From: Candidatus Obscuribacterales bacterium
GTDB lineage: Bacteria > Cyanobacteriota > Vampirovibrionia > Obscuribacterales > Obscuribacteraceae
Direction: 5' to 3'
Assembly: GCA_965228855.1 (NCBI GenBank)
Contig: CBDDIJ010000003.1
Coordinates: 1,568,001 to 1,632,000 of the forward strand
Length of the DNA stretch: 64,000 nt
Below, in pieces: positions 58,723-64,000 of this stretch. The position numbers were made by a program, and so were the translations under genes. The notes under the pieces are model-generated. The model had not been told where the DNA came from. It did no database searches and worked only from the letters and a program-made list of their open reading frames with translations. Numbering within the stretch: position 1 is the stretch's first letter; every line of letters begins with the position of its first letter.

Positions 58723-59079
58723 ATGACGTCAACGGATCCTTCGCGCGAAACGAAAGACATCCAAGTGCTGCAGCTTTTGACGAGGCTCGTCAAGGAGACT
58801 GACAGGCTTGTGCGCCTGGCTGACGATATCGACACCAACGCCACAACGCCCCAGGCGAAAGCCGCATTTAATCTCATCGGTTCGGAAGTAAACAGCATCC
58901 TCGGAACGTTGAAAAACTCAGTAGAACCACTTTACCGCCTTTACGACCTCGACCCGGGCATGCGGCAATTGGCTGAAAATCGCCGCGCAGCCGAGATCAA
59001 GAGCGGTGGTCTTACAGACAATGCCGACGACGACTACGACCAGCAAGCCATGTGGGCTGAGGTCAAAGAAAAATCGTAA
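58723..59079 (+). CDS. Hypothetical helical protein
   Basis: Open frame with AGGGG RBS before ATG at 58723; no recognised motif. Confidence 0.7.
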   Translation: MTSTDPSRETKDIQVLQLLTRLVKETDRLVRLADDIDTNATTPQAKAAFNLIGSEVNSILGTLKNSVEPLYRLYDLDPGMRQLAENRRAAEIKSGGLTDNADDDYDQQAMWAEVKEKS

Positions 59080-59130
59080 ACCGATATCGGACTACGAACT
59101 TCGAAGATCGTAAACCGATATCGGAATACG
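59073..59130. repeat. Two copies (period 34) of a palindromic unit ATCGTAAACCGATATCGGA(C/A)TACG
   Basis: Direct repeat between convergent genes; each unit is CGTA-nn-CCGATATCGG-nn-TACG. Confidence 0.85.
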
Positions 59131-59180
59131 CCGAGCGAAAACGTGGAGACCTTGCTTTTACTGCGTTCGGGGTTCAGAGA

Positions 59181-59843
59181 CTAGTCCGTCCTGACACCCG
59201 CGGCAGCGGCGACCGGCTCAGATGCCTTTAATGTCGGTTTGAAAGAAGGGTTTACCGCTGACACCAGTCGCTGGTTGAGCTGGCATTTTCTGACGGCGTC
59301 CTTCATACCTAGAAGTACCGGCTTGAAGTGGTGCTTGCGCATCTCTTCGTATGTGCGGCTAAATTCCCAATTATCATGCAATACGCGGTACATGCCGCAG
59401 GTCATTCCTGTTCTATCGGCCCCTTGACGGCAATGAACGAAAACCGGCTGTTTTGTCTTATCGTTGACGAGCGCCAAGATGCGGGTCATCGTCGCCTGGT
59501 CAGGAGTCCTGAAACCTAATGGAATATGGATGTATTCCAGACCCAAATTTTTTGCGGTTTCAGATTCTCGGTCTACGAGTTTTCCGGGTTGGCGAAGGTC
59601 GATGATTGTTTTCACACCACTATCGGAAAGCACCTTCAAGTTTTTATCGCCAGGTTGGGCACCTCGAAGAACGCCATCATCGATTTGTTGAAAGTTTTTT
59701 ATGGTGTTTTTAGCGAGGATCTCGCTGTTGACTATTGAAGCAGAGGATTCAGCTTGCACCGCAGATGGTGTCATTAGAAAGGAGGCTGTCGACAGCGCTG
59801 CAGCAACCAATAAAGATGTGCTTCTTTTAATTGTTTTCAACAT
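59181..59843 (-). CDS. Secreted Cys-dependent protein-tyrosine/dual-specificity phosphatase (Siw14/DSP-like)
   Basis: Signal peptide ending AVQA; NFQQI...RGAQP, TIIDLR, VHCRQGADRTG; start reassigned to ATG at 59843. Confidence 0.9.
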   Translation of the reverse strand: MLKTIKRSTSLLVAAALSTASFLMTPSAVQAESSASIVNSEILAKNTIKNFQQIDDGVLRGAQPGDKNLKVLSDSGVKTIIDLRQPGKLVDRESETAKNLGLEYIHIPLGFRTPDQATMTRILALVNDKTKQPVFVHCRQGADRTGMTCGMYRVLHDNWEFSRTYEEMRKHHFKPVLLGMKDAVRKCQLNQRLVSAVNPSFKPTLKASEPVAAAAGVRTD

Positions 59844-60626
59844 AATCACTATATCTTTCCTAGTTGTTCTGAGTACGGAGAGACGCGAGTCAGCCGATCT
59901 GCGGTTAGCGGTCAGAACAATTGCAAAGTGCGCCCGATAGTAACACTTCGGAGAGAACTTTGGAAGCTTTCTGTGATGAAATATTCTTGCGTGATGATTC
60001 CCGAACCAGATTGAATGCGGCTTTGAATGAGTTGCCAATAACAATTCAATTCGCTGGTTTTATCTGCAAAATTTCTTACTAACCATATGTGGTATCAACT
60101 CGTTTTGCGCATGCGCGGTGGCATGGTATCGCTTATAGTGCGTTACCAAAGAGAGACTTAATTTCTAAGTGAGTGAAGAACAAGAGTGCGACCAATCTTC
60201 CGCGCGAGGTCGCTTATCTAAAAAGATACCCGAGATTTATTTTCAGGGATCGAGGGTCTGGCGTTGATTACAGAATCTTCATAAAACGGCATCATCCGCA
60301 GACAGTTGTGCTTACAGGTGTTTCGCGATTCTGTCATAGGTGATCACGGCGTGATCGTTTGCGCTCGCGTTTTTTGGGGTATATATACGGCAGTGGAAGA
60401 AGTGCTGAAAACGCTGATTTGACGGGAAAGTTAACAAATCCTAAATATATTTAAACTAGCGGAACATTTCAGCATATTAACGGTCTTAAAACTCAATGAA
60501 TCAAATTCGCGAAACGTGTGACGAACGACTTCGTGCCTTTGAAAATTGAGCGCAAGCGAAGACCAAACGCAGAACCGCTAGGAATCAATATAAAGAAGGA
60601 AAGGTCACAGCCTTTAGGAGGCTAGT

Positions 60627-61757
60627 ATGGGAAACCCGAAAAGACTCGAAGTTACGGACAAACAATTAACAGCTGTCGAAGCCTACGCCGGAGGCTCGCG
60701 GAAAACCAGATCGCGTAAGCGGTCCGAAGGTTCGCGCGGCAAGAAGGGCGACCGCTTCCTCAGTGTCGTCGGCGACCAATCAGACGACGATAACGGCACC
60801 TTCGACAACGAAGAGTTCGGTCTGGAAACAGCTGACTCATTGGATTCGTCTGCCGATTCGGACTTCGAGGTCGCTGATGGCGACGCCGTCGTAGAAGATG
60901 AAGAAGTTGTATACGCAGCCGGTCCGTCCGCTGTGCCGGATTCGGTCAAGAAGTATTTTTCTGAAATCTCGCGCCGCTCATTGTTGAGCGCCGAAGAGGA
61001 AAGAAATCTGGCGACTAGAGCCAAAGCCGGCGACAGAGCGGCGAGAGCATTGCTTGTCGAGAGTAACTTGCGCCTTGTCGTGAGCATCGCCAAGAGATAC
61101 CTCAAGCGCGGGCTCGCACTCCAAGATCTCATTCAAGAAGGCAATGTCGGATTAATGAGAGCCGTCGACAAGTTCGATCCTAATCGCGGATTTCGCTTCT
61201 CTACGTACGCGACCTGGTGGATCAAACAAGCCATCACTCGCTCCATCGCGGATAAGTCGCGCATGATTCGTCTGCCCGTACACGTCAATGAGATGCTGAC
61301 CAAAGTTCGCAAGGAAGTAAGAAGATTGAGCTCCGATCTAGGCCGACCGCCGACCATCGAAGAACTCTCTACCGCGACTGAAGTGAAAAAGGAAAAGCTT
61401 CTTCAAGTGATGGAAACATCGAGAGACCTGCTGTCACTCGACAGCGCAGTCGGCACTGGTTTCGACAGCACCCTCGGCGAACTGCTGGAGGATGAAGCGA
61501 TGCCTGCTCCGACGGAAACCGCCGCGATGAACCTTCTCAAGGAGGACGTTGGACATCTCCTAACTTGTCTCAACGACCAGGAGAAGACAATTATCGAAAT
61601 GCGTTTCGGTTTAAAAGATGGCACCGCACGGACTCTGTCTCAAGCCGGTCAAGTACTCGGTATCAGCAGAGAACGCGCTCGCCAGATCGAAGCCAAGGCG
61701 ATTCGCAAATTGAGAAACAGCAAGGGAACTAACGGTTTGAGAGCATATCTCAACTAG
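60627..61757 (+). CDS. RNA polymerase sigma-70 factor, RpoD/SigA family (group-2-like, acidic N-terminus)
   Basis: [19 protein letters not shown] (1.2), [60 protein letters not shown]. Confidence 0.95.
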   Translation: MGNPKRLEVTDKQLTAVEAYAGGSRKTRSRKRSEGSRGKKGDRFLSVVGDQSDDDNGTFDNEEFGLETADSLDSSADSDFEVADGDAVVEDEEVVYAAGPSAVPDSVKKYFSEISRRSLLSAEEERNLATRAKAGDRAARALLVESNLRLVVSIAKRYLKRGLALQDLIQEGNVGLMRAVDKFDPNRGFRFSTYATWWIKQAITRSIADKSRMIRLPVHVNEMLTKVRKEVRRLSSDLGRPPTIEELSTATEVKKEKLLQVMETSRDLLSLDSAVGTGFDSTLGELLEDEAMPAPTETAAMNLLKEDVGHLLTCLNDQEKTIIEMRFGLKDGTARTLSQAGQVLGISRERARQIEAKAIRKLRNSKGTNGLRAYLN

Positions 61758-61786
61758 TTCTCGGTTTTCCGAGTCCATTGAAGTTG

Positions 61787-61825
61787 AACCGCGTGTTGTG
61801 TGTCCGCACCACGCGGTTTTCTTTT
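61787..61825 (+). terminator. Intrinsic terminator after the sigma factor gene
   Basis: AACCGCGTG...CACGCGGTT followed by TTCTTTT. Confidence 0.75.
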
Positions 61826-61879
61826 GCGCTAGAATACCGACTGCTGAAATCTCGCCGAGTTTTGCAATATAGGATTCAC

Positions 61880-62977
61880 TTGGTAAGACAACTGACCAAA
61901 AGCCTGGCGGCACAAAGATATCAACGACGTGGTCGACAGACTCTTCGGTTGATGAAAGTGCTGTTCCGAGAGTTTCGAGGTTTCCTCGTCTGTGCGACGC
62001 TCGGCTTCACGATTTCGGTCGTGTCCCTGTACTCTTTTTATCCACGTGAGTTGGTTCCCGGCAACAAACTCACTGTGCTTCAATCCGCGTACTACACAAT
62101 TTTGATGACGTTTTTCGAAACGCCTCTTCCGTATGTGGAAGATTTGCGACTGGCGCCGCTGTTTTTCTTGCTTCCGGTCGCGGGTCTGGTTACTATTGCC
62201 GAGGGCGTCGTGCACTTAAGCCATCTCTTGTTTCAACGCAAGAGATTTTCAAAAGAGTGGCAGCAAATGATCGCAGAAACAATGGACGACCACATCATCG
62301 TGTGTGGTCTGGGAAATGTCGGCATTCGCGTCGTCGAGCACCTGCAGAGCCTGGGCGAGGAAGTCGTCGTCATTGAATTCGACAAGGAAAACAGACATGC
62401 GTTCGGCGCACAGGGTCTGGACATGCCGGTCTTGAGCGGCGATGCCAGCGACTCCACAATCCTGGAACGCGCGTCCGCTCGCAGTGCTCGAGCAATCATC
62501 TGCGTGACCGACAACGATCTAGTCAATCTCGAAGCAGCTCTTAATGCACGCGAATTGAATCCGAATATCCGTGTCGTCATTCGGATGTTCGATCAGAAGC
62601 TGGCGAAGAAGATGGCCAAGACTCTAAATTTCGAAGGCGCCTTTTCGTCATCGGCAAAGGCTGGTCCCCTCTTTGCTCAAGCTGCAATAAGCGGACAGAT
62701 TCTCGACTCTTTCGAATTTGGTGGCACCGTTATCAACGCCGTTCAACTGATCGTTGAACCAAACACAAACCTGATTGGTCTAACCATCGATGAATTGCGC
62801 GGTCGCTATGAAGTAACCATTCTGCTGCACGAACAAGCAGGCGGAACCTTAGATTGGAACCCGGCTCCAGGCAACGTTCTTTCTGTCGGCGACAAACTTT
62901 TGATCATGACCGATCCTGATGGATACAAACGACTTGAACCCGTAACTCAAAAAATCTCACTGCCGAAACAAATGTAG
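61880..62977 (+). CDS. Potassium channel family protein with TrkA-N/TrkA-C (RCK) domains
   Basis: 2 TM with pore-like segment; HIIVCGLGNVG, GDASD, VTDNDLVNL; TrkA-C at the end; start TTG at 61880 or ATG at 61952. Confidence 0.88.
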   Translation: MVRQLTKSLAAQRYQRRGRQTLRLMKVLFREFRGFLVCATLGFTISVVSLYSFYPRELVPGNKLTVLQSAYYTILMTFFETPLPYVEDLRLAPLFFLLPVAGLVTIAEGVVHLSHLLFQRKRFSKEWQQMIAETMDDHIIVCGLGNVGIRVVEHLQSLGEEVVVIEFDKENRHAFGAQGLDMPVLSGDASDSTILERASARSARAIICVTDNDLVNLEAALNARELNPNIRVVIRMFDQKLAKKMAKTLNFEGAFSSSAKAGPLFAQAAISGQILDSFEFGGTVINAVQLIVEPNTNLIGLTIDELRGRYEVTILLHEQAGGTLDWNPAPGNVLSVGDKLLIMTDPDGYKRLEPVTQKISLPKQM

Positions 62978-63230
62978 ATTTGACGCTCGCTGCCAGTCAG
63001 GCACGTTTTAAAACTACAAGCTTCGTAACATGAAAAATATCAGGGATTTGCTGAAAGCCCGACCGGTACGACGTTCCCCTCCGCACTCGGGAAACCTGAA
63101 ATGCATTTTTGCCTATCGATCAGGCCAATACTAGATACATTTTGGGCCACTTGGAAATATTATTTTGATGTTCGTGAGTTGGCGACTCGACGAACGCCAC
63201 TAATTTCTGCATGGCGAATTGTTCATAACA

Positions 63231-64000
63231 TTGAACGCCCCGACTCTAATCGATAAGCACAAGCTCGAGAAGATCGCGAAACAAATCGCGGGCATATCAT
63301 CGCGCCCGTGGACGCTTATGGAGCTGTGCAGTGGACAGACAAATTCGTTTTTAGAAAACGGTCTCGACCAATACCTGCCATCGAACATCGATATCGTGCA
63401 TGGTCCCGCTTGTGCGGTTTGTGCAGCGCCGATTGCGCTCATTGATGCGGCTATCGAGTTGGCAAACCGTGAGAACGTTATACTTTGCGCCAGTTTTGAG
63501 CTCCTTCGATTAAAAGGCAGCGTCTGTGACTTGCTCGAAATCAAGGCGCAGGGACGTGATGTCCGAGTTGTGCACACGCCCCTCGATTCTCTGGCGATCG
63601 CGCGCGAAGAACCGGGTAAGAAAGTCGTGTTTCTAAGCGTCGGATTTGAGATGGCGGCACAGTCAAATGCGCTTGCGGCCTGGCAAGCCAAACGACTGGG
63701 TTTGAAAAATTACTTCCTGCTTGCGTCACAATGTTATTTCCCGGCAGTCGTGAAACACATTCTTGCAGTGCCCGGTTCGAAAGTTCAGGGAATATTCGGT
63801 TTGAGTTCGGTTTGCTCAGTCACCGGGATGGTTGATTTTGAGCCGATCTCGAAACGCTATCAAGTTCCAATCGTAATCACCGGTCATGCTCCGACCGATC
63901 TACTCGAAGGTATTCGACTCTGCGTCAACTTGTTGGAGAATAAAAACGCAAGCGTGGAAAACCTTTTCCGCGGCAGCGTGTCACGAGACGGGAACCGCGA
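63231..64000 (+). CDS. hypD: Divergent hydrogenase maturation HypD-like protein; truncated by window edge
   Basis: Not in the ORF track; hand translation: RPWTLMELCSGQTNS...IVHGPACAVCAAP..IDAAIELA...GRDVRVVHTPLDSL...VVFLSVGFEMAA...VPIVITGHAPTDLLEGI...VSRDGN, collinear with HypD; start (TTG 63219 or 63231) uncertain. Confidence 0.88.
   Translation, partial: MNAPTLIDKHKLEKIAKQIAGISSRPWTLMELCSGQTNSFLENGLDQYLPSNIDIVHGPACAVCAAPIALIDAAIELANRENVILCASFELLRLKGSVCDLLEIKAQGRDVRVVHTPLDSLAIAREEPGKKVVFLSVGFEMAAQSNALAAWQAKRLGLKNYFLLASQCYFPAVVKHILAVPGSKVQGIFGLSSVCSVTGMVDFEPISKRYQVPIVITGHAPTDLLEGIRLCVNLLENKNASVENLFRGSVSRDGNR

Noticed and set aside
60495..60560. c-di-GMP-I riboswitch upstream of the sigma factor (CAAA..GAAA..GACG)
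   Set aside because: The stem around GAAA does not pair and the GCAAAGC/P2 elements are absent
63101..63256. Short frame beginning MHFCLSIR as a possible hypC
   Set aside because: HypC needs Cys at position 2 (MCxxxP) and the G.YVLVH.G motif; neither is present
63200..63691. 163-aa minus-strand ORF
   Set aside because: Antisense shadow of the HypD-like gene on the plus strand
1..64000. Prophage, IS, integron, rRNA/tRNA genes, or cyanobacterial HIP1 over-representation
   Set aside because: No recombinase, transposase or phage genes and no recognisable structural RNA seen; GCGATCGC was noticed only a few times and was not counted rigorously

Overview
A gene-dense bacterial chromosomal segment of roughly 50% GC with about 50 CDS. 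I saw no rRNA, tRNA, CRISPR array or transposase/integrase. The gene content (crtE next to DUF212, a group-2-like sigma70, an Rcp1-like response regulator, many secreted TPR/VWA/WD40/caspase proteins, Tad-like pseudopilins, DUF4388-GGDEF, a Ser/Thr kinase, no photosynthesis genes here) suggests a non-photosynthetic relative of Cyanobacteria (Melainabacteria/Vampirovibrionia, Obscuribacterales-like); this is inference only. Two edge-truncated genes are missing from the ORF track: a PafA-type alkaline phosphatase (<1..850, -) and a HypD homolog (63231..>64000, +). The most notable observations are: (1) a Cache-HAMP receptor with no output domain, translationally coupled to an NTT/MFS-like transporter with a long helical tail and followed by a receptor Ser/Thr kinase; (2) a HypD paralog with all four signature motifs altered and no adjacent hypC; (3) a tandem active plus apparently catalytically dead S66 LD-carboxypeptidase pair; (4) a dedicated exosortase with a VIT/VWA PEP-CTERM target; (5) a PfkB kinase fused in-frame to a signal-peptide-bearing trypsin-like protease; (6) a secreted thaumatin-like protein beside Tad pseudopilins; (7) a tandem single-chain RHH regulator; (8) long low-complexity insertions in CrtE and NnrE; (9) several intergenic tandem or palindromic repeats. 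All assignments come from motif recognition by eye; no database searches were run.
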